Shown here one piece after another: positions 19,134-28,945 of a stretch of DNA of 64,000 nt. Made by a program: the position numbers and the translations under genes. Position 1 is the stretch's first letter. Every line of letters starts with the position of its first letter. Below the pieces are notes generated by a model, which was given only the letters and a program-made list of their open reading frames with translations, ran no database searches and was not told where the DNA came from. The stretch is taken from positions 6,588 through 70,587 of IMG/VR virus record IMGVR_UViG_3300026043_000014; one strand, given 5' to 3'. Source of the DNA: a virus (Duplodnaviria; Caudoviricetes).

Positions 19134-21008
19134 TCAGGGTGACGCGCAGAAGCTCGGAGTGGCGGACCAGAGGCCGTCAACCGAGCCGAAGGGGTTCGGG
19201 AAGCTGGCGCCCGCCTTGTACGCGGATAGTCCGGTGCCCTCGACGTTGAGATAATGGCCCGCGCCCGCACCGTCGTTGGCAATGGCGATCCAGTATTGAA
19301 CGCCCGCGGCCACACCCACCGAGCTCGCGAGGCTGCACTCGTTCCACGCGCCGTTCTGAGGAGAGGTCACCGAGCAGTCCCCGAACTTCACGTCCGGGCC
19401 CGAGCTGTCGTCGTAGAGCGCGAGCTTCACCGTCGTGGCCGTGTTGCTGGCCGCCACGAAGGCCCGAAGCCGCGAGACGGTCCCGGCGGCGACGGAGGTG
19501 AACCGCGCGGTCTCCGTGTAGCCGGTGCCGTACAGGTTGTCGTTTGTGCCGATCGCGTCGGTACCGATCAAGCACTGCACGGGGAGGCCGCCGTCGCCCG
19601 CGCCGGCGCCAGCGTCGAACAGGCCCGCATCGCTCATGGCATCGAGCAGGGTCGCATCGCTCGCCGCATCGCCGGCGCCGCCGGCGCCGCCGTCGAACGC
19701 TACCGCTGCGTCACTCGCCCCATCGGTTCCAGGCGCCGCGTCGCTTCCCGCGTCACTGACGACGCCGGCGTCGCTCGCGCCGTCGGGACCTGCATCGGTC
19801 GGAGGAGGCAGCACCATCGTCGTCGAGCGCCAGAGGCGCGCGCCGTACGGTCCGTCGATGAAGTTCGCACCGAAGATGTCGAGAAAGCCGTCGTGGTCGA
19901 CGTCCGCGACGACGCCGTTGTGGATCCCCTCACCCGAGTCCACCAGCTGAGGCGTCCATGCTGTCCCATCGCCGCCGTTGAGGTAGAGCCATACCTGCTT
20001 CGCAGTCGAGATGTGGAGCTGCGCAAATACGACATCGAGCACGCCGTCGCCGTCGAAATCGCCGGCTTGGAGCGTATGTGCCCGCTCGATGCTCGCCGCG
20101 ATCACGTGGCGCGTCCACGTGCCGCCGCGTGGGTTCGACGTTCCGAACCATTCGACGTCCGCGGTATTCTCCGAGCTCGAGAAGAGGACCTCGGCCCCGG
20201 GCTGCCCATCGACGTTCGCGACGAGCGCCTTGAAGTCGGCGTTGACGGTGCCACCGGTATCGATCGTGTAGGTCTGCCACGTGTCCGTGCGCGCCCGGAG
20301 GCTGCCCGGGTTTCGGAACCACGCCCCCTGGCCGATCAGGTCGACAAAGCCGTCGTCGTCGACGTCGCCTGCTCCAGCGCCTTCGTGGCCCAGGTTGTTC
20401 TGCGTGATCTCGGTGCGCGTCCAGGAGTCTCCGGCGTCCTGGAAGAATACGAGCATGAAGTCGACGGGTGGCAGGCCATTGAAATGTCCGCTGCGGATCG
20501 CAACGTCCATCCGCCCGTCCGCATCGTAGTCGGCCGGCAACACGTCCTTGCCGAATCCGCCGATGGTTCCGATCACGTGACGGCTCCACGTGGTGGTCGC
20601 GCTGGCTGCCGGCAGCGGGTTCTCGAGCCAGACGGCGTCGCCACCGTCCGCCGTCATGAAGTCCAGATCCCCGTCGTGGTCGACGTCGGCCACGGTCCCG
20701 AAGGTAGTAAACTGATCGGCGGCCGTCGCGACCACGTGCTTCGTCCAGGTCGGCGCCTCGTACCACGTGAGCGAGGCGCCTGCGATCAGCAGGTCCGTGC
20801 GAAAGTCGCCGTCGACGTCGCCCACCGCCTTGCAGTCCCCGGACGCAGTGGCGTCGACGACCGTCTTTTGGAACGAGAGCGTGAGCGCCTCCGCGCGCTG
20901 ACCGACGAGCGGCCTTCCGGAGTGTTCCGAGGAACATGCAAAAAGCAGACAGAAGGAAATGATCCAGATCAGGAATCTCATACGGCACATCCTATCAAAT
21001 CTTGGCAA
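19134..21008 (-). CDS. FG-GAP/VCBS-repeat lipoprotein with DAG-rich linker and C-terminal beta domain
   Basis: Lipobox LLFAC; repeated (G/A)D(V/F/Y)DxDGxxD motifs; DAGxD linker. Confidence 0.85.
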   Translation of the reverse strand: MPRFDRMCRMRFLIWIISFCLLFACSSEHSGRPLVGQRAEALTLSFQKTVVDATASGDCKAVGDVDGDFRTDLLIAGASLTWYEAPTWTKHVVATAADQFTTFGTVADVDHDGDLDFMTADGGDAVWLENPLPAASATTTWSRHVIGTIGGFGKDVLPADYDADGRMDVAIRSGHFNGLPPVDFMLVFFQDAGDSWTRTEITQNNLGHEGAGAGDVDDDGFVDLIGQGAWFRNPGSLRARTDTWQTYTIDTGGTVNADFKALVANVDGQPGAEVLFSSSENTADVEWFGTSNPRGGTWTRHVIAASIERAHTLQAGDFDGDGVLDVVFAQLHISTAKQVWLYLNGGDGTAWTPQLVDSGEGIHNGVVADVDHDGFLDIFGANFIDGPYGARLWRSTTMVLPPPTDAGPDGASDAGVVSDAGSDAAPGTDGASDAAVAFDGGAGGAGDAASDATLLDAMSDAGLFDAGAGAGDGGLPVQCLIGTDAIGTNDNLYGTGYTETARFTSVAAGTVSRLRAFVAASNTATTVKLALYDDSSGPDVKFGDCSVTSPQNGAWNECSLASSVGVAAGVQYWIAIANDGAGAGHYLNVEGTGLSAYKAGASFPNPFGSVDGLWSATPSFCASP

Positions 21009-21132
21009 GCACTGTCACCCCGTGGTGGAGACCCCACGGTTTTATTGCCCCTCCAGGTTCGTGATAGTGCTGCTCGATCCAGATCGCGCGCGACGCCATC
21101 CGACGGGAACAGCCAAAGCGATTTTTGTTCTT

Positions 21133-21945
21133 TCACTGTACACGAGAGAGAACCTTCAGTTTGCTGGCGCCAAAAGCTGCTGCTGCGACCATGGCGATCA
21201 CGCCCGTTGCCGCGAAGAGTCCTCCTGTTTTCGGTAGAGGCACAGGCGCAGGCGGAAGGATCAATTCCATCGGCGGTCGATCTCCAAAATCTGTTCCGTA
21301 CACAGGATCGAAAGGACGCTCCCCAGGACGCATCGAATACGCGCGAGCGATGAGGTCTCTCACATCCACGCTTCGAGCTCTCGGTGAAAGCGCGTTCGCC
21401 AAATCCTGGACCGTGATGTACCCTTTTCTTGATGTGTCGAAGCCAGAGTTAGCTGAATATTCGGTACTTGGTGCGGCGAACACGATGCTGTCGAGAGCCG
21501 GCGCCGTTCGCAGAAGTCGCTGTGAGAGTTGAGCCAAGAGCAGCTTTACTGCGGAATGTATGGGTGCGATTCGTGTTGCGTCGCGCCAGTAGTTGAAGAT
21601 CGGTCCTGCCAATTGCCGACTGGCCGGCCACGCGCGATACTGCGCTACAGGAACGGACACGTATCGCGAGTAGGTTGAAGGGCAGAACTGGTTGAGTCCG
21701 ACGCAACCGCCGGGATTCGTGATCGCTGGGTCGAACGTGCCGGCAGTTTCGAGACTGATCACGGGCAGCTGCCATTCAGGACGAATGCCCAACTGATCGC
21801 TCACCTTCCACAGAGCGTCGCCGAAGAAAGGCCAGTCAAGCACGGAGCACCTCCGCGATCTCTCGGGCCCACGGCGCATAGGACAGCGGATGTAGCCCGT
21901 CAGAACGGAGTGGCGAACGGGTTGCCGGAATCGTCGGAACACCAA
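21133..21945 (-). CDS. lytic transglycosylase (lysozyme-like) with C-terminal TM anchor
   Basis: VISLETAGTFDPAITN...VGLNQF motif; hydrophobic C-terminal helix. Confidence 0.7.
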   Translation of the reverse strand: MVFRRFRQPVRHSVLTGYIRCPMRRGPERSRRCSVLDWPFFGDALWKVSDQLGIRPEWQLPVISLETAGTFDPAITNPGGCVGLNQFCPSTYSRYVSVPVAQYRAWPASRQLAGPIFNYWRDATRIAPIHSAVKLLLAQLSQRLLRTAPALDSIVFAAPSTEYSANSGFDTSRKGYITVQDLANALSPRARSVDVRDLIARAYSMRPGERPFDPVYGTDFGDRPPMELILPPAPVPLPKTGGLFAATGVIAMVAAAAFGASKLKVLSRVQ

Positions 21946-22393
21946 GCGATGCGATCACGGCTCGCGATGGGGTGTTCACGGCAGCAGGAGGATCAATCCA
22001 GACGACTTTCGCGCCGATGCTCTCGAGGCCTCGCACGATCCTCTGGTAGTAGACGGGATTCGGCGCCGAACCATCGTTCACTCCGAGTGAGACGAGAACG
22101 ACATCGGGCCGAAATGCCGTCAGCCAATCGCCGCACTGTCCGCATGCGGACGAATGCTGCGCCCATTGCGAGGTGTTCGTGCCGACGTACCCTTCGTGTC
22201 GGAAGTCTGGAAGAAGCTTTTCAAGCTCCGGACCGAGACCCACGGCGTAGGAGTCGCCGATGAGCGCCACGCGCCCGAGAGGTTGTCGAACAGGAATGGG
22301 CGGTGAGGCTCGGGTCGAAGCGGCAATCGCGCCGACGACGCCGAGCGCGGCTCCGCCTGCGACGAGAGCTCTCCACGGGAAGCGTTGCCGCAT
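21836..22393 (-). CDS. SGNH/GDSL hydrolase with N-terminal TM helix
   Basis: IGDSY, SLGVND, DGLHP blocks. Confidence 0.9.
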   Translation of the reverse strand: MRQRFPWRALVAGGAALGVVGAIAASTRASPPIPVRQPLGRVALIGDSYAVGLGPELEKLLPDFRHEGYVGTNTSQWAQHSSACGQCGDWLTAFRPDVVLVSLGVNDGSAPNPVYYQRIVRGLESIGAKVVWIDPPAAVNTPSRAVIASLGVPTIPATRSPLRSDGLHPLSYAPWAREIAEVLRA

Positions 22394-22623
22394 CAGGCGT
22401 ATACCTTTGTCGGCGGAGAGCCCGCAAGCAGCTGCCGATCGTCACGGACATCCGGATTCCAAACCAGCCAACCCGGCTGCCAGACGAAGCGCGTGAGACG
22501 GGCTCCAAGATAGCGACTCCGGATAGAGTTCTCCAGCCGCCACGCATCGTAATCGGAAAGAGGCTCGGGACCGTAGGACGTGAACTGTCCTTGATGATCG
22601 ATGTACCAGAAGAACCAACGCAT
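22393..22623 (-). CDS. Trp-rich small hypothetical protein
   Basis: Coupled to the SGNH gene. Confidence 0.5.
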   Translation of the reverse strand: MRWFFWYIDHQGQFTSYGPEPLSDYDAWRLENSIRSRYLGARLTRFVWQPGWLVWNPDVRDDRQLLAGSPPTKVYA

Positions 22624-22633
22624 GGGGATCGAT

Positions 22634-23287
22634 TCACAAAGTGTGCGCCAGCAAAAACAAGCTAACGAAGTCCAGACTTGCGGTGTCGATTACGTTTGAA
22701 ATCGTTACTTGCAATTGATCTCCGTTGGCTAGCGGCGAAATGGCCGAAGACATCGCTTCGACGGGAGCGCCGTTTGCGGATTCGATCGAAATCGTAGAAC
22801 CCGCTATCTGGGTACCGTTTAGAGCGATGCCGATACGGCATGTCCTACCGAGAGCAGGGTTCGTCGGTGTCATCGACAGTCCGGCGGAAAGTGCGAAATT
22901 TCCTGGATCAGCGCCGTCGTACTGGAGGACGCCTGCACTCGGGGAGCTGAAGTCGACGGCGGTGGCTCCGAGAGCCCCGGTCGTGATCAACACGGGCGTT
23001 CCGGCAGCGGCTATTGGAACGGTGACGTTGGCTCCGTCGTAGAAGAGCCAACCCCCTTGAGGGGCAGCTGGCGTTGGTATGGGCGACCAAACAGGCGCGC
23101 CTCCCGCCATGGTGAGGACGGTGCCGTCTGCGCCGAGAACCAGGCCGACGGTGACGATGGGACCTGCTCCGTCGACGATGAAAATTCCCGGGTCAGCGAT
23201 GACTTGTTCGATCGCACCGCCGGCCGCCGTTTTCGGAGTTGGGTAGACTTCTCGGGCGTATCTACCTCTGCCTAGGATGTAGGTCAT
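22634..23287 (-). CDS. putative spike/fibre protein (GRGR-ExYP N-terminal family)
   Basis: MTYILGRGRYAREVYP; C1q/TNF-like beta C-terminus. Confidence 0.6.
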   Translation of the reverse strand: MTYILGRGRYAREVYPTPKTAAGGAIEQVIADPGIFIVDGAGPIVTVGLVLGADGTVLTMAGGAPVWSPIPTPAAPQGGWLFYDGANVTVPIAAAGTPVLITTGALGATAVDFSSPSAGVLQYDGADPGNFALSAGLSMTPTNPALGRTCRIGIALNGTQIAGSTISIESANGAPVEAMSSAISPLANGDQLQVTISNVIDTASLDFVSLFLLAHTL

Positions 23288-23302
23288 TCGTTTGTCCTTC
23301 TT

Positions 23303-24319
23303 TTACGGGTCATTCACCACAGGCAAAGGGATCTGATTGGTCACATTGCTTTCTTGGTAGCAGCGAACGATATCCGGTATATTGCCTTTCCAGTGGATGG
23401 ATCCGTAACCAGATCCATTGAAAGCGCTAGAACAACCATCAAGTATAGTAGAACGACAACCGTATATACGATAAGCGACTCCCGGATTACCCCCCGGCAC
23501 TACTCTAGCGGCACGTACATCCGTATTTGAGCAGTTATCGAGATAGAGTGAATCTGCTGTGTTGGCGGGTAAGAAGTACACTCCCCACATACGAACTTCC
23601 GCGGTTCCGCGACACCGTATTTGCGCTGTTCCGTTGAGTGAGAGCTGTCGTGTATTGGCAATAACCATGGCGGCAGCACTGACAGTCGGATCGAAAATCT
23701 GACCGAAGATGTCGATTCCCGGACCACCATTGCTATTGGCCGCAATGGCCGTCAGCACAGATCCGTTAGAACCTCCGATTTCTATACCCGCACTGCCGTT
23801 GCTAGAAGCACGGCAAGATTGGATGATAGCATCGTTGCATTGTCGTACGGCGATACCTCTATTGGTGCCACTGTGAGCCCAGATGTGTTCAAGGTAGAGA
23901 TCGTTTACACTTGTGGCGTTGATGCAGTCATCGGCTACACCCCCACCATCGAACTCGATACCTATAGCGCTGAATCTGGCGCCCGAAGCTGCTGTAAGCA
24001 ACGCTCCTGCACCGCCAGTAGCAATAATTTTAGAGTTCTGTACGGTCGTACCTGTGAAGTCACCGAAGACGGAGATACCTTGTCCGGCTGCAACGGTCAG
24101 TACTCCGGCTTGAATCGCATAGTTACCCTTCGGAACGTACAAGAGACCCTGCGCATCAGATGCGGCAAAAGCGTTGACGAACGCATTCGTATCATCGGTT
24201 ACACCGTTGCCAGTGGCCCCGAATTGGCGCACGTTGAGCAGACCGTCGAATACGGTAGGGAGTTGCCGGATCGCGTAGCTCTCTCGTGCGAAACGGCCTC
24301 TGCCGATGATATGAACCAT
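23303..24319 (-). CDS. pectate-lyase-like right-handed beta-helix protein (putative depolymerase), lower GC
   Basis: NVRQFGATGNGVTDDTNAF motif and Asn-rich parallel beta-helix repeats; starts MVHIIGRGRFARESY. Confidence 0.85.
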   Translation of the reverse strand: MVHIIGRGRFARESYAIRQLPTVFDGLLNVRQFGATGNGVTDDTNAFVNAFAASDAQGLLYVPKGNYAIQAGVLTVAAGQGISVFGDFTGTTVQNSKIIATGGAGALLTAASGARFSAIGIEFDGGGVADDCINATSVNDLYLEHIWAHSGTNRGIAVRQCNDAIIQSCRASSNGSAGIEIGGSNGSVLTAIAANSNGGPGIDIFGQIFDPTVSAAAMVIANTRQLSLNGTAQIRCRGTAEVRMWGVYFLPANTADSLYLDNCSNTDVRAARVVPGGNPGVAYRIYGCRSTILDGCSSAFNGSGYGSIHWKGNIPDIVRCYQESNVTNQIPLPVVNDP

Positions 24320-24550
24320 GGCGATTCCCCTAGAACCGCAGCAAGGTTCAGTTCCGGTTGACGTTCACGGGCCGGAGGCTGACGGCCTGATCGCGCGGTC
24401 TCGAAGCGTTGCTCCATCCGGAGTATTCGCTGTCGTAGCGGTGCGCGGCGTCGACCGTCAGTGCGGCCGTGTGTTCTCGGTAGAGCGCTTCGTCGAGGAG
24501 CTGCCGGGGGGCGCCGTTCTCCGAATGGCCGCTCTTGTTCTTCAGGTTTT

Positions 24551-24838
24551 TCAGCTTTCGTCGCATGGATCGGCCTCCTTCGGGTCGCCCAATAAGTGTA
24601 TCAGCACGGCGTCGACCGCGAGAGAGGAAACACTTGTCGCGCCACTGAGAAAAACGGCGTCTAAAACGGCCCCATGGCCCAATGGCAAGAGACCGGCGCC
24701 GCCTGCTGCCGCGCCGATCCACGTACCGGTGCACTGCGCGCAGCCGAGAAGCGCTGGCCACAGGCGACGTACGGGCCCGAAGATCGTCCCCCGTACGATG
24801 ATGAGGGTGATCCCGACGAGCCCGATGAGCTCGAGCAT
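24551..24838 (-). CDS. DUF1360-like small membrane protein
   Basis: TM helices and LLGCAQCTGTW motif. Confidence 0.55.
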   Translation of the reverse strand: MLELIGLVGITLIIVRGTIFGPVRRLWPALLGCAQCTGTWIGAAAGGAGLLPLGHGAVLDAVFLSGATSVSSLAVDAVLIHLLGDPKEADPCDES

Positions 24839-24841
24839 GAG

Positions 24842-25375
24842 CTACGGGAGCTCGTAGATGGAGGCGATCAGACCGGCGCAAGTGATCTGTGTCGGTCCTG
24901 CGGTGACTTCAGTGATCCAGATCGTGCCGGCACCCGCGGGAAGTGGAGTGCTGTTGACTCCTGTCAGCACTACGGTCCTTCCCAGTTCGCCAGCGGATAC
25001 CTGAAATAGACTCAGCCCCAAGACGGTCAAAGCGGCGCCCGGAACTACGAGAGGGGTCCCGTCGTCGATGAGCCAATCCTCGTAGGCAGTACCGCCTCCG
25101 GTAGTGCCCGCTGCGCCGAGCGCTTCGAAACCGACTTGCGCGTCCGCACCCGCGAGCGTGATCGGAATCATCAGATTCAGCTGGAAGAACCCGCTTGCGC
25201 GACGGGTGAAGTTGACAGCTGCGATCGGATAAGGTGCTGCCGGCGATTGGACCGCTGGCACGCCTGTTTGGTCGCCGACGAGGAAACGGTTCGTGAGCGC
25301 CGCCACCGCCCCTGTGGGATTGCCTCGGGGGTAGGTTTCTCCGAGGGTGCCTCTTCTTCCGGTGATGCGCATCAC
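24842..25375 (-). CDS. putative virion beta protein (GRGR-ExYP family variant)
   Basis: MMRITGRRGTLGETYP. Confidence 0.6.
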   Translation of the reverse strand: MMRITGRRGTLGETYPRGNPTGAVAALTNRFLVGDQTGVPAVQSPAAPYPIAAVNFTRRASGFFQLNLMIPITLAGADAQVGFEALGAAGTTGGGTAYEDWLIDDGTPLVVPGAALTVLGLSLFQVSAGELGRTVVLTGVNSTPLPAGAGTIWITEVTAGPTQITCAGLIASIYELP

Positions 25376-25568
25376 TCCATCCTTTCCGATAGCAGCTCGA
25401 CCAAACGGTCGGCTGTCCGAGGTTTCAATTTGATCGTGCCCACGGATCCTTCCTGGGGATCATCATCACTGATCTCCACGGAGCCGTCCTCGAAGATGCG
25501 GATCTTCGGGCACCGCTTGTATCCGCAGCACATGGTCTCTTCATGGATCAGCTTCATGACGGCTCCTT

Positions 25569-26207
25569 TCAGCCCGTGGCCTCGATCACTTCGTGCACTT
25601 CGACGACGCTGGCATTGCCGTCGAGTGCCGTGGTCGTGATGCCCGCGGCGGCTGTCAGTACGATGGCAATTCCCTCAGTGATACCGATGGAAAGACCCGT
25701 GATTTCTGCCACGAACGTGACGAGATTGTCGTCAACGTTCAACGTCGCGACAGGCGAGTTCACAGGAAAAACCGTGCCGCTCTGAAGGATGCCGATCGCT
25801 ACCGTTTGTTCTGTGGCTTCGCCGTTGTCGATGGAGAGCGATCCCGTGACGACCACGACACCCGAGCTGCGAGGCGTGATCGGAATCGCGGTGTTCTGTG
25901 CCCAGAACGCCGTGGGCCCCGCGCCTTCCAGCGGGGGGGAGTTGTTGAGGTTCCCCGCCTGAAGTGAGATCCATGTCGTGCCGTCGAAAGACACGATGTC
26001 ATTGATCCCGTACGTGACCGTGGCATCCCAGGCGTCCACGCTTTCGATGAAGCCCCAAGGGATCTGGGTTCCGGCGTCGGATATAGGAACGGTGACTTTT
26101 TCCGCTTGCGCGAAGTTTCGCGCGAGACTTAGTACACCTGCTCCGCCGCGCTGCGCTTCCGGGTAGGAGTGCTGCGCACGTGTACGTCCGATTCGAAACT
26201 CACCCAT
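25569..26207 (-). CDS. putative virion protein with a CBM5/12-like carbohydrate-binding insert
   Basis: MGEFRIGRTRAQHSYP; AWDATVTYGINDIVSFDGTTW...NSPP...FW. Confidence 0.7.
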   Translation of the reverse strand: MGEFRIGRTRAQHSYPEAQRGGAGVLSLARNFAQAEKVTVPISDAGTQIPWGFIESVDAWDATVTYGINDIVSFDGTTWISLQAGNLNNSPPLEGAGPTAFWAQNTAIPITPRSSGVVVVTGSLSIDNGEATEQTVAIGILQSGTVFPVNSPVATLNVDDNLVTFVAEITGLSIGITEGIAIVLTAAAGITTTALDGNASVVEVHEVIEATG

Positions 26208-26490
26208 TGATCTGCTCCTCGGGCACCGCTATCGCTGCCTGTTTTTCTCGTCGGAGAGTTCGGAATTCGATTCGCGACATCGGTACCAGACGTTTCCCGA
26301 CGAGATAGCCGAGCCGACCAAGTCCGGCCTGTGTCGATGAAAGTCGCGCCACCGTCGCTTCCCAGTCCGAGTAGACGAGCGCTCCTGTGCCTTCGTTGTG
26401 CTCCGCATCCCATTCGGGCGATCGCAGATACACGTCACAGGCGCCGGCAGCTTCGAGCTGATCTCTCGTGATGATGACTTCCATGGTCAC
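26200..26490 (-). CDS. hypothetical protein
   Basis: Overlaps both neighbours. Confidence 0.55.
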   Translation of the reverse strand: MTMEVIITRDQLEAAGACDVYLRSPEWDAEHNEGTGALVYSDWEATVARLSSTQAGLGRLGYLVGKRLVPMSRIEFRTLRREKQAAIAVPEEQING

Positions 26491-27992
26491 TTCTTCCTTC
26501 GCTTTGAGGGCTTGCGCCGTTTCGTCGGTGCGCGTCGTTTTGCCGGCGCTCGCCGTTTCGCAGGCGCCCTGCGCGTGGTCGTTCGAGACGTCGTGGTCGT
26601 TTTGGTCGAACCTTTCGATGCTGCGAGTGCCATGACGCCCACGAGCGCCGCAATACCAACCGATCCGGCGACGATTGCGCCGGTGGAGAGCTTCTTCTCA
26701 CTCGGGGGCGTGACGACTTCGACGTTTGTACCGCCGCCGGGGGCCGGGGCGACTTCGCCGCCTCCGCCGGGGGCCGGGGGGACTCCGCCACCCCCACCGG
26801 GGGCCGGCGCGGGGGCCGGGGCGACTCCGCCACCCCCACCGGGGGCCGGGGCGACTCCGCCGGGGGCCGGGGCGACTCCGCCGCCTCCGCCGGGAGCCGG
26901 CGTGACTTCGCCACCGGGAAACGGACGAGGCGCCGCGGAGACCCACGACGCCGGGATGTTGATCGTCTTGCCGGCGTACAGCCGGATCCCGTACTTCGGA
27001 TCTTTGAGCGTCCGGTTGACGGTCAAAAGCTCTCGCCAGCGGTTCTTGTCACCGGTGAAAGCGGCTGCGATTTTTTCGCCAGTGTCTCCCGATTTGACCA
27101 CATACGTAGTGCCAGTCGATCCGGTCGGAGGCGGGGGCGGCGGGGGCGGCGCGACAGGCGACGGCGGGGGCGGCGCGACGGGCGATGGCGCGGGCGGCGG
27201 GGGCGGCGCGACCGGCGGGGGCGGCGCGACCGGCGACGGCACGGGGGCCGGCTGGCTCCCTCCTGACGGAGGGTACGCTGTACCGGGGCAGTTGCTCTTG
27301 CCGGCGGGAGCCCACCAGGCCGGCCGGGGGGAGCAGCCCGGAGGAGCATTCGGCACAAGACGACGGACTTCCGCGGCGGTACCGCTGCCGTACTTGCCAT
27401 CGAGCCCCGAGCCATCCGTTTTGCCGAGGGCCGCTTGCGCCTGGCAGACGTATCGCACGTTGGCGGGATCACACGGATCGATACCGACGAGCGCGAGCAG
27501 CGCGGGATGCACACTGCCGCTCGGGGCCGGCGACGGAGAAGGAGCCGGAGAAGGTGCCGATGGCGCGGTGATGCGGGGATCGCACGCGCTCTGCCCCTTC
27601 ACCCACCACGATTGGGTCGAACAGGCAGCAGGCGCTCCACTGTAGACTTTTCGGGCTGCGGCGGCTGTTCCGGATCCGTACTTGCCATCGGGTGTGACGC
27701 CGAGAAGCTTTTGCATTGCGCAAACGACCTGTGCGTTCGCCTGCGAGCACGGGCCGCCCGTGTTCATGAGCACGGTGACCAAGTTGCGGAACGAATCGCT
27801 GAATTCGTCGCCCACACGACCACCGACGGGGACAACGATCCGTTCACCCGGCGTGATCGATCGCCACGTACGCGTTCTCGCTACGACCGTAGTCGTCTTT
27901 TGCGGGTTCGCAGCGATGAGCGCACTCATCGACACTCCGTACTTTCTGGCGATTTTCGCGGGCGAATCGCCCCACTGCACTTGATAGAGCAT
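26487..27992 (-). CDS. two-LysM, two PG-binding-like, Pro-rich, C-terminally membrane-anchored protein
   Basis: YQVQWGDSPAKIARKYGV...ANP and YVVKSGDTGEKIA; DGKYGSGT twice; KKLSTGAIV-TM-basic tail. Confidence 0.88.
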   Translation of the reverse strand: MLYQVQWGDSPAKIARKYGVSMSALIAANPQKTTTVVARTRTWRSITPGERIVVPVGGRVGDEFSDSFRNLVTVLMNTGGPCSQANAQVVCAMQKLLGVTPDGKYGSGTAAAARKVYSGAPAACSTQSWWVKGQSACDPRITAPSAPSPAPSPSPAPSGSVHPALLALVGIDPCDPANVRYVCQAQAALGKTDGSGLDGKYGSGTAAEVRRLVPNAPPGCSPRPAWWAPAGKSNCPGTAYPPSGGSQPAPVPSPVAPPPPVAPPPPPAPSPVAPPPPSPVAPPPPPPPPTGSTGTTYVVKSGDTGEKIAAAFTGDKNRWRELLTVNRTLKDPKYGIRLYAGKTINIPASWVSAAPRPFPGGEVTPAPGGGGGVAPAPGGVAPAPGGGGGVAPAPAPAPGGGGGVPPAPGGGGEVAPAPGGGTNVEVVTPPSEKKLSTGAIVAGSVGIAALVGVMALAASKGSTKTTTTSRTTTRRAPAKRRAPAKRRAPTKRRKPSKRRKK

Positions 27993-28945
27993 CAGTGTCT
28001 CCGAGTCCTTCGGGACTTCTTTCGGGTGGCGACCCAGACGACTCCGCCGAGTACGGCGGCGCCGGCTGCGCTGATACCGACGATTGCGCCCGTGGAGAGC
28101 TTCTTTTTCTCTTCAGCGGGAGCCGTGCCCGGCAGTTCGGTACCCGGCATCGGTGTGGGGAAATTCTTGGGATCGAGCGCCGCGACCGTGCGCAGGCCGT
28201 CGAGCGTGTCCTGATCGAAAACGCCGTCCGTACGAAGTACCTTCGCCGCCGGATTGATCGGTAAGAAATTCTTGTTGTACCAGCCCTGAAAGCAACCTCC
28301 CGCGGCGGTAATCGAAGGACCGAACGTCGCGCAGCTTGTGCCGGTTGTTGCTTTGATCAAGCCGTCGAGCTTGACGAGCGTTTGCATCACCCACGTCTGC
28401 TGCGCAGGCGAGAGGGTCGACCACACATCGGGATCTCCCGGGGCTGCCAGTGCGTACCCGCCGACGACTCGGCCACCGAATGAGACGAGCTCACCTACTC
28501 CTGATTGTCGTGCCCACATGGGAATCGTTCCTCCGCTACAGTCTGCGCACGCAGGGCGTGCTGGGATTCGGTTCTCTGCGAACCAGCAGTCGGTGGCTCG
28601 CATCTGTTCGTTGGTCGGCCCTTGCACGGGAACATCCGTGACGAAATCGAAGCCGGGGCTGCTTTGTGCGGGAGTCCCTCCGAGCGAGAGGTTCTCCCCG
28701 AGAAAAGCGCCGACGCCGACAGGTTCGCAATCGCTGAGGTGCCCTGCGCCGATGGCGCCTCCCACGGCGGCTCCGAGGACGGCGCCCACTGCGCCACCGA
28801 TCAACGCATTGTCCTTCTGTTCTTGCGTCATCGGACCGAAATAGCCGGAACCGATTTCGCTCCATTCGGAACCCGCAAATGCTCCGGCGGCTCCGCCGAA
28901 AATCGCACCGAGACCTGCCCCGAAAGCTCCAGAAACTCGAGTCAT
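27992..28945 (-). CDS. Gly-zipper, PG-binding-like protein with C-terminal TM anchor
   Basis: GAGLGAIFGGAAG, DGVFDQDT, KKKLSTGAIV-TM-RKKSRR. Confidence 0.75.
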   Translation of the reverse strand: MTRVSGAFGAGLGAIFGGAAGAFAGSEWSEIGSGYFGPMTQEQKDNALIGGAVGAVLGAAVGGAIGAGHLSDCEPVGVGAFLGENLSLGGTPAQSSPGFDFVTDVPVQGPTNEQMRATDCWFAENRIPARPACADCSGGTIPMWARQSGVGELVSFGGRVVGGYALAAPGDPDVWSTLSPAQQTWVMQTLVKLDGLIKATTGTSCATFGPSITAAGGCFQGWYNKNFLPINPAAKVLRTDGVFDQDTLDGLRTVAALDPKNFPTPMPGTELPGTAPAEEKKKLSTGAIVGISAAGAAVLGGVVWVATRKKSRRTRRH

